DNA of 64,000 nucleotides from Candidatus Zhuqueibacterota bacterium (GTDB taxonomy: Bacteria > Zhuqueibacterota > Zhuqueibacteria > Residuimicrobiales > Residuimicrobiaceae). Position 1 is the first letter of the stretch; each line of letters begins with the position of its first letter. Location: positions 16,323 through 80,322 of the forward strand of contig CAUJEL010000040.1 in the NCBI GenBank assembly GCA_963169875.1. The letters are read 5' to 3'. Under the pieces are notes generated by a model. It was not told the DNA's origin, made no database searches, and was given only the letters and a program-made list of their open reading frames with translations. Of this stretch, positions 10,942-19,872 are shown piece by piece. Both the position numbers and the translations under genes were made by a program.

Positions 10942-12266
10942 GCTCCCGTGGGATTGCTGGTGTTGCAGAGCCGCCCGTCCCGGGCTGCGAGAACACCGCG
11001 AAGGAACACATATTTGATATCAAGGGTGGATGTCAGGTCCGGATAGGTCTCCCAGGCATCGGCCAGGGTTGAAAGTACAGGCTTGGCCGCACCCCGGGGC
11101 TGCAGAACCACCAGGTCGGCGTCCGCGCTCGCCTGGATGGCGCCCTTGCGCGGATAAAGACCGGTCACCCTGGCCGGATTGGTGCAGAGTTGTCGGCTGA
11201 TTTGCACCAGGGTTTTCTCCGTGAGAACATCCTGGTACAACTTGAAAACAAGGTGCGGCAAGGCGCCGATGCCGGCCACGCCGCCGGGGACGCGGCGGAT
11301 GTCGCCGCCCCAATCATCTTTGTCTTTTTTCAGGAAGGCGCAGTGATCCGTGGCGAAGAGATCGATCGCACCGTGCCTCGCCAGTTCACATAACTTCTGC
11401 CGTTGTTCTGCCGTGCGCAGCGGCGGCGCGCAGATCCAGTGGTATCCATCGGGCCGTGCCAGATAACCTGCATCGAGAAAGAGATAGTGCGGGCAGGTCT
11501 CGCAGGTGACGCGCGTATCGGGTGCGGAGCGGATGGCTTCCACGCCTTCAGGTGTCGAAACGTGCACAATGTGAATCTGCGCCCCGGTCTTGCGCGCCAA
11601 ATCGATGAGGCGCAGGATGGCCGTCACTTCCGCGGCAGCGGGACGGAGTCGAACGTGCGACATGGGATCGCGCCAATCGATATTCCCACCCTGGGTTTGC
11701 GTTAGCAATTGATCATCTTCGCAGTGCACCAGCACGGTGCAGCCGAGTTGATGCAGGCGGCTGATCCGTTCCTCCAGTTCATCGTAGGATGAATAGATAC
11801 CCGCATTTTTATAGGTCGTGTAGAACTTGAAAGTACGCATTCCTTGTTCAATGCAGGCTGCAATCTCTTCCCAACCGGGCTTATCAAAGCGCACGGGCGT
11901 CAGGTGCCACAGGTAATCGCAATGGGATTTGCCGGACGCTTTGATTCTCGCGCGTTCAACCGCCGCGGTCAGGGATTCGTCCGGCTCCTGGGTGATGAAC
12001 GAACCCAGGGTGGTGATGCCGTTTTGCAAGGCATGCTGCGAGCCGCTGGACCAGGTGTCGGCCAGATATTTGCCGGCGATGACGTCATCCAGATGGGTGT
12101 GGATATCGATGAATCCGGGGAAGATATAGCAATCCGACGCATCGATGGTTTGATCAACCTGGTGATGAGCGCCCAGAGCGGCAATGCGATCATTTTCAAT
12201 CAAAAGATCGGTGTGGATGATATGATCTTCCAGGACGATGGTGCCGTTGTGGATGCAGGTTTTCAT
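10923..12266 (-). CDS. Cyclic amidohydrolase (dihydropyrimidinase/D-hydantoinase-like, HyuA-like)
   Basis: GFIDIHTHL metal-binding motif, KFY, HCED, and a C-terminal hydantoinase-like fold. This is the position of hyuA in the E. coli-type locus. Confidence 0.8.
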   Translation of the reverse strand: MKTCIHNGTIVLEDHIIHTDLLIENDRIAALGAHHQVDQTIDASDCYIFPGFIDIHTHLDDVIAGKYLADTWSSGSQHALQNGITTLGSFITQEPDESLTAAVERARIKASGKSHCDYLWHLTPVRFDKPGWEEIAACIEQGMRTFKFYTTYKNAGIYSSYDELEERISRLHQLGCTVLVHCEDDQLLTQTQGGNIDWRDPMSHVRLRPAAAEVTAILRLIDLARKTGAQIHIVHVSTPEGVEAIRSAPDTRVTCETCPHYLFLDAGYLARPDGYHWICAPPLRTAEQRQKLCELARHGAIDLFATDHCAFLKKDKDDWGGDIRRVPGGVAGIGALPHLVFKLYQDVLTEKTLVQISRQLCTNPARVTGLYPRKGAIQASADADLVVLQPRGAAKPVLSTLADAWETYPDLTSTLDIKYVFLRGVLAARDGRLCNTSNPTGACLCLT

Positions 12267-12473
12267 GGATGATTGATCAGTGAATTTTGGATTTTATCAA
12301 GTGCTGAATGGCACTTTGGATAACGTATCGGAATTGCAGTGCTTATATATAGGAAAATGTATCATGAACAGCAAGATATATTTTTTTAGACGGGGAAACC
12401 GTGGCCGCAAGCAGGCGCATGATCGTCCCAGGGTTCCCGCCCCGGGACGGGTCTCGCTTAAAGGTTCCACCCC

Positions 12474-12690
12474 GGGGCAGGAATAGCGGAGTGATGATGG
12501 TGGGCTCCACCTGCTGTTGGTGGGGCCCACCTGAAGCGGATGCATCGAGTTGGGCCCCATCAAAAAGAGATGGAGCTCAACCGCTTGTCCTCAGGGGATG
12601 CGGCAGCCTGACAGCTCCAGGTTTCCGCATCCCTTAAAAGTGAATACGTCAGCAATATGAAAGGGAACTGAAAGGATGCGGAATCCGCAA
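12474..12690. repeat. Structured ~220-290-nt repeat element, copy 1 (two-hairpin domain architecture)
   Basis: Shares with copies at 16673-16899 and 19569-19857 the blocks GCAGGAAT...GATGGTGGGCTCCAC...GTTGGTGGGGCC...AGTTGGGCCCCATC...AGATGGAGC(T/C)CAA...CCTGACAGC...GGTT(T/G)CCGCATCC...GGATGCGG(A/C)A. Confidence 0.6.
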
Positions 12691-12816
12691 GTGCGCAACA
12701 AAATGAAACAAGAGACGCAGATTTTCAGTACATAATAATAAAGGCGGCTGATATTTTTATGGCCAGCCACTCGAGAGTCTCCGGATTTTAATGGTTTCAT
12801 AATTATTGAGTTAACC

Positions 12817-14088
12817 ATGTGTGCTGTATCCCGTAAAGAGAAATCCCCTTTCGTACCATTGCTCTCCAACAAGCTTGGAGACATGCAAGCGCGGATTGAC
12901 GTGTACAAACAAAAGTATCAAGAGCTCTGGCTCGATACCCCGGTGACGTTTCCTGAATTCGAAAAAAGCTATGCCCGGAAAGAGAAGCGCGAGCTGGAGC
13001 AGACTGCCTCTGCACTGCTGCAACAGATCGGAGAAATAGAGAAAAATAACAACCTGGACAAAGAAACCATGCTGGCCTATGGCGATGAGATCATCCAGCT
13101 CTGCGGTCAAGCCGGGCTCCATTTCGATCGATCCTTTTCCGATGGCTTTGGCCGCGCCTCCAGGGAATTTCTGCGAATGGCAAGAGCCTTTGATGCGCAG
13201 CTGCAGCCGGAAGAGATCTATCAGGCCCTGCGCAATGTCTGGATCGCCAACTCGCTGCAGGTGTTGATGGGACAGGAGATGCACTGCAGCGCGCCGCTGT
13301 TCGCCTACAGCATGCTCTACCCCTACTCCGACAACATCATTGATGATCCTGAATTGTCTTTCTCTGACAAGCTGAATATGAACGTTCATTTCAAGAAATG
13401 GCTGCAGGGTGAGACCTGTCCCGCTGCGAATGGCACTGAGGAAAAAATACACGCGCTGGTTGAATTGATTGAAAAAGAATTTCCCCGTGACTGTTATCCG
13501 CGCGTTTTTCAGGGCCTGCTCGCTATTTTCAACGGCCAGATCAAGAGCCTGATGCAGCAGAAACAACATACAGGTCTTGAGGCCATCGACCTGCTCGACA
13601 TCAGCCTCGAAAAAGGCGGCACCTCCGTGCTCGCGGATGGCTATTTGCTCGGCGGCACCCTGGACGACCGCTGGGAAGATTTCTGCTTCGGTTACGGCGC
13701 TTTCCTGCAATTTGCCGACGATCTGCAGGATGTGGCCGATGATCTGGGAAATGGCCATCAAACCCTCTACTCGCTGGCAGCAGCCAAAGGTCCGCTCGAT
13801 GCCCAGGCGAACCGGTTACTCCATTTCATGAGACGCGTCGTCGATGAACATCTCGCCGGGCCGGACTTTCAGGGTTGCAGAGAGATGATTGTCAAAAATT
13901 GCCTCTTTATGGTTCAGGAAGCGATCCTGAAAACAGCGCCTTTTTATTCAGCGGATTATCTCCGCGCCATGGAGCGCCACTTCCCAATCAGCTTTCCTTT
14001 TTATCGCCAGGTAAAAAACCACCTCAAGCAGATGCTCTTCTCTCGCGCCGCTGAGCTGGTGAAAATGGAGATCAAGCCCTTGTGCTAA
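12817..14088 (+). CDS. Hypothetical protein; C-terminal ~290 aa resemble the squalene/phytoene-synthase (head-to-head isoprenoid synthase) fold
   Basis: Protein-like 423-aa ORF; the overlapping minus ORF is an antisense shadow. Two Asp-rich motifs ~128 aa apart, LFAYSMLYPYSDNIIDD and GYGAFLQFADDLQDVADD, resemble the CrtB/SQS motifs ADDIVDD and LQLTNILRDVxED. Confidence 0.55.
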   Translation: MCAVSRKEKSPFVPLLSNKLGDMQARIDVYKQKYQELWLDTPVTFPEFEKSYARKEKRELEQTASALLQQIGEIEKNNNLDKETMLAYGDEIIQLCGQAGLHFDRSFSDGFGRASREFLRMARAFDAQLQPEEIYQALRNVWIANSLQVLMGQEMHCSAPLFAYSMLYPYSDNIIDDPELSFSDKLNMNVHFKKWLQGETCPAANGTEEKIHALVELIEKEFPRDCYPRVFQGLLAIFNGQIKSLMQQKQHTGLEAIDLLDISLEKGGTSVLADGYLLGGTLDDRWEDFCFGYGAFLQFADDLQDVADDLGNGHQTLYSLAAAKGPLDAQANRLLHFMRRVVDEHLAGPDFQGCREMIVKNCLFMVQEAILKTAPFYSADYLRAMERHFPISFPFYRQVKNHLKQMLFSRAAELVKMEIKPLC

Positions 14089-14452
14089 ATAAAATGCCTC
14101 ACCCACCTCACGTCAGCAAAAAAACTGCAAAGTATTTCCTTTTAATGAATTCGATTTGTATATTTCAACAGCCCTTTCGAGATTGAGGCAGACGATTTTC
14201 CGTTCGGAAATGACAGCAGTTCAGATACTACATTCCGATCCATGTGAGAGATAGATATCCGGTCGATTTTCCCGCTTGACGAAAAATATAGCAATTTAAC
14301 GCACGTCCTCCTGGCCCTGGACAAAAATATTACATACGATTATATTTGCGAAACAGCGAGTGCCCAAAAACTGATCCGATGAGTAGCGAACAATTCTTCC
14401 TTTCAAGTTATCGGATGTGATCCGGTTCAATGAACTATGAATGGAGGTCGTA

Positions 14453-16624
14453 ATGAATCGCACACAGCTTTCCCGCAAATGCATTGCAGCTTTGTTCTTC
14501 TTCATCCTCCTCGTCAGCATCATTATTTTGGATTCCTTCGATCCGCACGCTTGGGCGCGAAATCGAATCTCATCCAGCCAAAATCCTGTAACCATTTCGA
14601 GCACAGACTCGGTATTGTATGCAGCCGTCCACCTGAACGGCACCATCACGAATCAAACACTGGCTTTCGTGAGCCGCGATGAAGGTATCCTGGTTGATGC
14701 CAGGTCCTTTTGTGCGCTGACCGGCTGCAACTACTACCCTTTTTTTGCCAATTCAGGGTTGACGGTTCAATACGGCAAAATCATCTCATTTGCAGCGGTT
14801 CACTACAATAGGGGTTTTGTGGCCTGCCAGATGGTCGATATGCTGCCGCCGGCAGAACCCATGCAGGATGGCGTCTATGCGCCGCTCGATTTTCTCGCCA
14901 GGGCTATCGCTGGATCGGCACAATTCCATGCGGCCGATACATCAATACATATAACTGCCAATCCCGCGGCTCAGATCGGCGATATTATTTCACAAACCAA
15001 AGGCCTCGCCGATGCCTTGCGTCAATCACAGAACATCGTGCAGCAAGGTTCCATAAACCGTGTCAATCCCATAGAGATGTATTATGCCGGGTATACGCCC
15101 GATTGCCAGGGCAACAACGTCAATGCGCCCTATTTCCTCATCCAAACGCCGCCGGCACCCGGAATGCCATTCGTTTATGCCATACCCGCCATCCACTACA
15201 TGCGCGCCGATGAAGCCTTTGTCATCATCGGCCGCACGCCGCCCGAATGCGCCTACTACAGTTACCGCAGTTATCTGGTGAACCGCTATTATGAGGACGC
15301 CACGCCGCATCGCAAAAAAATTTATGCCAGTCTGGGCGACACGCAAAATGCTTACAACATCCCTGAAGGACGAATTAATACCCAGGCTTTCAACCGTTTT
15401 ATTGTGATCATTTCAACGGCAGACCAAAAAATCGCCACAGCCATCAAAAGCGCGGCCGCGCAGGCGGGCATCCCGGAAGATGATATCTATCTCGACATCT
15501 ATCCCAGTGAAATTGTCCATTTGGGCATCGATCAAAAAGCGGATTTTTTGGGCTATATCCATCGCACCTCCCTCTTTGCCAACCAACAGGATGCGGAGCG
15601 CTATCTGCAAAATCCAACGCTGGAAATTCTCCGCATCACGCCCGAAAGTCCTGTGACACCCGATTTTTTCCCGACCCCGACACTGCGCACAAGAGGAACG
15701 GGGACGACAGAATTTCATTTGAATGAAGGCATGGCGCAGCTCAGACAAGCCATCATCGACCAACACGGTAGCGGCTGCGAAGTGATGGAGTTGCAGACAT
15801 CGATCTGGGGTGCGGAGTGGCTGCTGGAAGGATGGGAAGCCATTCGCCAGGGCGCCAATACACTGGCTGAGGTGCGCGACACCATATACATGCTGACCGA
15901 AACGTTCGAATTCAACCAGGATGACAGAGTCGTAGCCTATGGCGTGAACCATACCAAAACGAACAAAGCGATATACTGTAATGCCAGTTTTTATGGCCGC
16001 ACGGTATGGAACGGTGTCGGCACTATCACGGATCGAGCCTATGCAGGCAGCGCCACGGCTTATCTGGGAGACACAACTCTGGCGGATAGTTTTTACGTCT
16101 GCAAGTTTGCGCGTACCGCGATCGATCAGGCCACGATCGTGATTCCGACAGATGTTGAAAAAAATTATACGGGCGTCGATTATGGCGCCCCATCAGTCGT
16201 TGGCTTTCGCGCCTATGTCGAGCCGGCAACCATGGTGGGCTGCGCACCGGAGGAGATCATCTGGGACCGCGCCATTCTCTTCCGGCCGCAGAATACCCGG
16301 GTGAAGAAAAATCAGCAAGAGATCAAACCGCACCAGGCCGAATTATCCGCTTTTCCCAATCCATTCAATGCACAAACCGGCATTAATCTGAACGTGCCGG
16401 AAAATGCGAAGGTTCGGGTGCACATTTTCAATCTGCAGGGCCGGCTGGTCAGGGAACTATGGGCAAGGGAGAATTTTGCCGGCGCCGCTGCGCTTCATTG
16501 GGACAGCCGCGATGCGGCCAACCGGCTGGTCAGCAGCGGCCTTTATGTGATTGCCGTTGATCTCGTGAATCTGAATTCAAATGAACAGGTTAGATTAGCT
16601 CGAAAGATACTCCTTGTTCGTTAA
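14453..16624 (+). CDS. Secreted protein of unknown function with a T9SS C-terminal sorting domain
   Basis: RBS GGAGG 5 nt upstream of the ATG at 14453 (MNRTQLS...). N-terminal hydrophobic signal/anchor. The C-terminus FPNPFNAQTGINLNVPENAKVRVHIFNLQGRLV...GLYVIAVDLV is a type-A CTD. Confidence 0.75.
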   Translation: MNRTQLSRKCIAALFFFILLVSIIILDSFDPHAWARNRISSSQNPVTISSTDSVLYAAVHLNGTITNQTLAFVSRDEGILVDARSFCALTGCNYYPFFANSGLTVQYGKIISFAAVHYNRGFVACQMVDMLPPAEPMQDGVYAPLDFLARAIAGSAQFHAADTSIHITANPAAQIGDIISQTKGLADALRQSQNIVQQGSINRVNPIEMYYAGYTPDCQGNNVNAPYFLIQTPPAPGMPFVYAIPAIHYMRADEAFVIIGRTPPECAYYSYRSYLVNRYYEDATPHRKKIYASLGDTQNAYNIPEGRINTQAFNRFIVIISTADQKIATAIKSAAAQAGIPEDDIYLDIYPSEIVHLGIDQKADFLGYIHRTSLFANQQDAERYLQNPTLEILRITPESPVTPDFFPTPTLRTRGTGTTEFHLNEGMAQLRQAIIDQHGSGCEVMELQTSIWGAEWLLEGWEAIRQGANTLAEVRDTIYMLTETFEFNQDDRVVAYGVNHTKTNKAIYCNASFYGRTVWNGVGTITDRAYAGSATAYLGDTTLADSFYVCKFARTAIDQATIVIPTDVEKNYTGVDYGAPSVVGFRAYVEPATMVGCAPEEIIWDRAILFRPQNTRVKKNQQEIKPHQAELSAFPNPFNAQTGINLNVPENAKVRVHIFNLQGRLVRELWARENFAGAAALHWDSRDAANRLVSSGLYVIAVDLVNLNSNEQVRLARKILLVR

Positions 16625-16672
16625 ATTCACGTCTTTTACCTTCTGGACGTGGATTGAACCCTCCGGGATCTC

Positions 16673-16899
16673 CGCACCCGGTGCAGGAATCCCGGCGCGA
16701 CAATGGTGGGCTCCAGCTGCCGTTGATGAGTCCCACATTTGGCAGATTAAAAGAGTTGGGCCCCATCGTAAACAGATGGAGCCCAATAGTTCAGCCTTTA
16801 GGCATGCCGTAACCTGACAGCACCAGGTTGCCGCATCCCGTAAGGCCGATGACATTAGCCGCGTGCACCAGTACTGGCAGGATGCGGCAACCCTGGTTG
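16673..16899. repeat. Structured repeat element, copy 2
   Basis: It begins 49 nt after the stop of the preceding gene. It contains a perfect 13-bp stem GGTTGCCGCATCC/GGATGCGGCAACC around a 45-nt loop. It lies inside a 568-bp block bounded by direct repeats at 16584-16604 and 17152-17172. Confidence 0.6.
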
Positions 16900-17170
16900 A
16901 AAACTTGCCAATTTGCGGGGTGATAACTATTTTTAAAGAGGAATAGGATTTTATCCACCCAAGACTGCTATAGGCGACAGTTGAGTTGATTCTATTCATC
17001 AACCACCGAGTGTGCAGTGCCCGCCGAGCTGTTTTGTTGGTATTATAGAACACATTATATTTTGAGTTTCATCTCAATATTGAAGGTTTTAGCCAGTTCA
17101 ACTTTACACTTTTCTTTCTTTGCGTATCTCTGCGTTCTCGGCGGTGAATGATTCAGGTTAGATTGACTCG

Positions 17171-19540
17171 ATGAAAATTGCTTGCGAGAGTGATTTTAAC
17201 TTTTATGAATCCCAGTCAACTCTATCCCAACCGATTCAAAAGAATTCTCCATTAATCAAAACTTCTTTTTCTCGAAATTCTGGGGTGGCAGCAATGAACA
17301 GAGAAAAATCAATGACGAGATGGTTGGTTGCCCTGCTGATCCTGGCCAGTCTGGCAGGCACCCATCGTGCCGGAGCTGCGAGCGGCAAAGTTTGCGGCAC
17401 CATCAAAGACCGGCGCATGCAGCCTGTGGCAAATGTCGAAGTGACGGTTCAAAATGCGGCTTTTATGGATGCCGTCATGGCCCATACCACAAGTAACAGA
17501 GACGGCTACTTTGAGGTCTGGGCCGACACCAAAGTCGAAGCCTCTGCACAGACCAAACCGGGCAGCTATCAGCTGTTCCAGAATTACCCCAATCCCTTCA
17601 ATCCTTCAACCCGGATCGTCTATAACCTCAAAAAGAATGCGCTGGTGTCCCTGCGTGTCCATAATATCAAGGGACAGCTGGTACGAAAGCTGATTCATTC
17701 TGAATACCGCACCGCGGGTGAGCATTGGGCGCAGTGGGACGGTCTGGATGACGCCGGCAGGCCCACGGCCGCGGGCATCTATCTCTATACCCTCGATACC
17801 CCGGAATTCTCAACCACCGGGAAAATGACCAAACTGGATGGCGGCGGGGATATCAACAGGCTCTTCGGGGAACAGTCCGCTCTGGGGAAAACAGCCACTG
17901 AAATAGAGCAAAGCGGCAGCGCCGACCTGATTCATATCTTTTTATCCGGACCCCATATTGAGGACAAATCCGTACTGAACCGCAAGCTGGGCGATGTCGT
18001 CAGGGTGGACGAGGTCGTGAATGTCAGACCGGTGATCTTTTTCAGCGACCGGGTGGTCATGTATCCGGACGAAACCAGAGTGCTCGACAGTCTGGTGGCG
18101 CGAAAGCAGATATACGATCCGGATGGATATGAAGAGGAACCAGGCCGGCCGCAGAACATGTTCTGGGAGCTGGCATGCGATTGTGATTATGCAACATGCA
18201 CCATTATACCCTATATGGCAACCAGCGCCATCCAGGTGCGGCTGACGCAAAATTTTATCGGTCAGAGAGAAATCCCCATCAAAATCCGCCAGGCGCCCGA
18301 ACCGGGAGAGACCATACCGCACCAGTGGAGCGAAGGGATTATTCCTATTGAGGTCGATGGTTCCCTCTTCAAATTCACACCCACAGATTATGAAGGCACG
18401 CCGCTTTCCGGTTCTTTTGACATCAGCATAAGGAATAAGGAGATCGCCCCAGCCGCCCTGAGGGACAGCATCCCCTACTGGTACCATCTCACCATGCAGG
18501 AGGGTCAGTCCTTTTATATAAAAAAAGGGATCTATGATGTGATCATCCGGGATGAAGTGGAGACCTTTAACTATTATCCCAAGCTGCCCACCGAGCCCTT
18601 CGATCCCCGGGAATATCTGAAAATCGGCAACTGGTACGACAAGCGTTTTCTCGATCTGGATCTCCATGCGGATTTTCTCCAGCCGGTTCCCTTCCTCCAC
18701 GAGACCGTGGATCTCACCGCGACCAACTTTGCCGAGGTCCTCGCCGAATTCGATCTGCCCACCTATATGTGGATGAGTTCGATGTATCTGTTCTACAGAC
18801 GCATTGGAGGCCCGATGAATGGCGCCACCAAGTCATTCAGATACCTTGATCCGGCAGGCACCATACCGCTGCCCTTCCGGATGAATATCCCGCACTGGGA
18901 AGTGGATTTCAAGCGCGGCGAGCGCATCTGCGTGCTGGTGGACAGCGCGGCGCTCTACAGTCAGATCGTCCCCCTGAACGATAATCGCGAGCACCTGATA
19001 GAAACCGTGCTTCTGCATCTGGATGCCATTAAAAAGATTTTTGCCGAGGCCGATCCTGATAGCAAATACTACAGGTTGGTTATGAGTCCGGGCGAAAAAA
19101 CGGAACCCTATATCCATCTGCAGTTTACGACGAATAATAGTATGCTCGACAGCATGATTCTGGATCAAGCTTATAACCTGCGGGGCGTGCATTATCTAAT
19201 CGAAAACAATTATGGGCAGTACGGCAATCCGGTCATCGCACAAGTTATTCAGAGGATTGAAAGGTGTCTACGCGGACATTTCTTCGGATTTCATTCGGGC
19301 ACAACTTTTTTACAGGATCTGCCGAGAGATGACAGCTATCGCTGGCCCTATTTGAAGGGCTACAATGGCATCCCCAGGGACCAGGTGACGGTATGGCGCG
19401 CCTGGGCTGCCATACCGGAAAATTCCCCTTTTGAAGGGGACTTTATGGGTCCGGAAAGTTTTGTCGCGCGCGACCTCACCCAACTCTACTATTTCCTCGA
19501 ATTCGGCGGCGAAGATCCCGCGGCCAATATGCTGGATTGA
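17171..19540 (+). CDS. Large secreted protein with a carboxypeptidase-regulatory-like domain and an internal T9SS-CTD-like domain, followed by a ~580-aa unknown domain
   Basis: Continuous 789-aa ORF. A signal-peptide-like segment MTRWLVALLILASLAG starts ~47 codons in, so an alternative start is at 17294. The CTD-like sequence QNYPNPFNPSTRIVYNLKKNALVSLRVHNIKGQLV...AGIYLYTLDT lies at residues ~135-215 rather than at the C-terminus. Confidence 0.7.
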   Translation: MKIACESDFNFYESQSTLSQPIQKNSPLIKTSFSRNSGVAAMNREKSMTRWLVALLILASLAGTHRAGAASGKVCGTIKDRRMQPVANVEVTVQNAAFMDAVMAHTTSNRDGYFEVWADTKVEASAQTKPGSYQLFQNYPNPFNPSTRIVYNLKKNALVSLRVHNIKGQLVRKLIHSEYRTAGEHWAQWDGLDDAGRPTAAGIYLYTLDTPEFSTTGKMTKLDGGGDINRLFGEQSALGKTATEIEQSGSADLIHIFLSGPHIEDKSVLNRKLGDVVRVDEVVNVRPVIFFSDRVVMYPDETRVLDSLVARKQIYDPDGYEEEPGRPQNMFWELACDCDYATCTIIPYMATSAIQVRLTQNFIGQREIPIKIRQAPEPGETIPHQWSEGIIPIEVDGSLFKFTPTDYEGTPLSGSFDISIRNKEIAPAALRDSIPYWYHLTMQEGQSFYIKKGIYDVIIRDEVETFNYYPKLPTEPFDPREYLKIGNWYDKRFLDLDLHADFLQPVPFLHETVDLTATNFAEVLAEFDLPTYMWMSSMYLFYRRIGGPMNGATKSFRYLDPAGTIPLPFRMNIPHWEVDFKRGERICVLVDSAALYSQIVPLNDNREHLIETVLLHLDAIKKIFAEADPDSKYYRLVMSPGEKTEPYIHLQFTTNNSMLDSMILDQAYNLRGVHYLIENNYGQYGNPVIAQVIQRIERCLRGHFFGFHSGTTFLQDLPRDDSYRWPYLKGYNGIPRDQVTVWRAWAAIPENSPFEGDFMGPESFVARDLTQLYYFLEFGGEDPAANMLD

Positions 19541-19568
19541 AGGCGCTGATCCTTTGAGGGGAGTAATC

Positions 19569-19857
19569 CACACCGGTGCAAGAATCCCGGCGCGACGATG
19601 GTGGGCTCCACCTGCCGTTGGTGGGGCCGACCTTAGGCGGACTAAAAGAGTTGGGCCCCATCAAAACAGATGGAGCCCAACAGCGCGTTAGCAAGGCATG
19701 CTGCAACCTGACAGCCCGTGGCGTGCAGATTCTGTAGCTGGCGCCACCTGCAAGGCTGAAGGTGACTGCTGTGTCCAGGTTCTGTGGTTGCCGCATCCCT
19801 CAAGGACGATGACGTTAACAGCGCGCACAGGAACTGGCAGGATGCGGCAACCCTATG
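19569..19857. repeat. Structured repeat element, copy 3 (carries a ~60-nt internal insertion)
   Basis: It begins 29 nt after the stop of the 17171..19540 gene and ends 15 nt before the thrC-like stop. It has the same conserved blocks as copies 1 and 2. Confidence 0.6.
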
Positions 19858-19872
19858 GAATCCGAGCCGTGC

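Noticed and set aside
8713-11046. 777-aa + ORF
   Set aside because: Antisense to the well-supported Mo-subunit and hydantoinase genes. Arg/His/Gly-rich composition typical of reverse-frame translation of GC-rich DNA.
12811-13761. 316-aa - ORF overlapping the 12817..14088 gene
   Set aside because: The + frame gives a globular, motif-bearing protein. The minus frame is a shadow.
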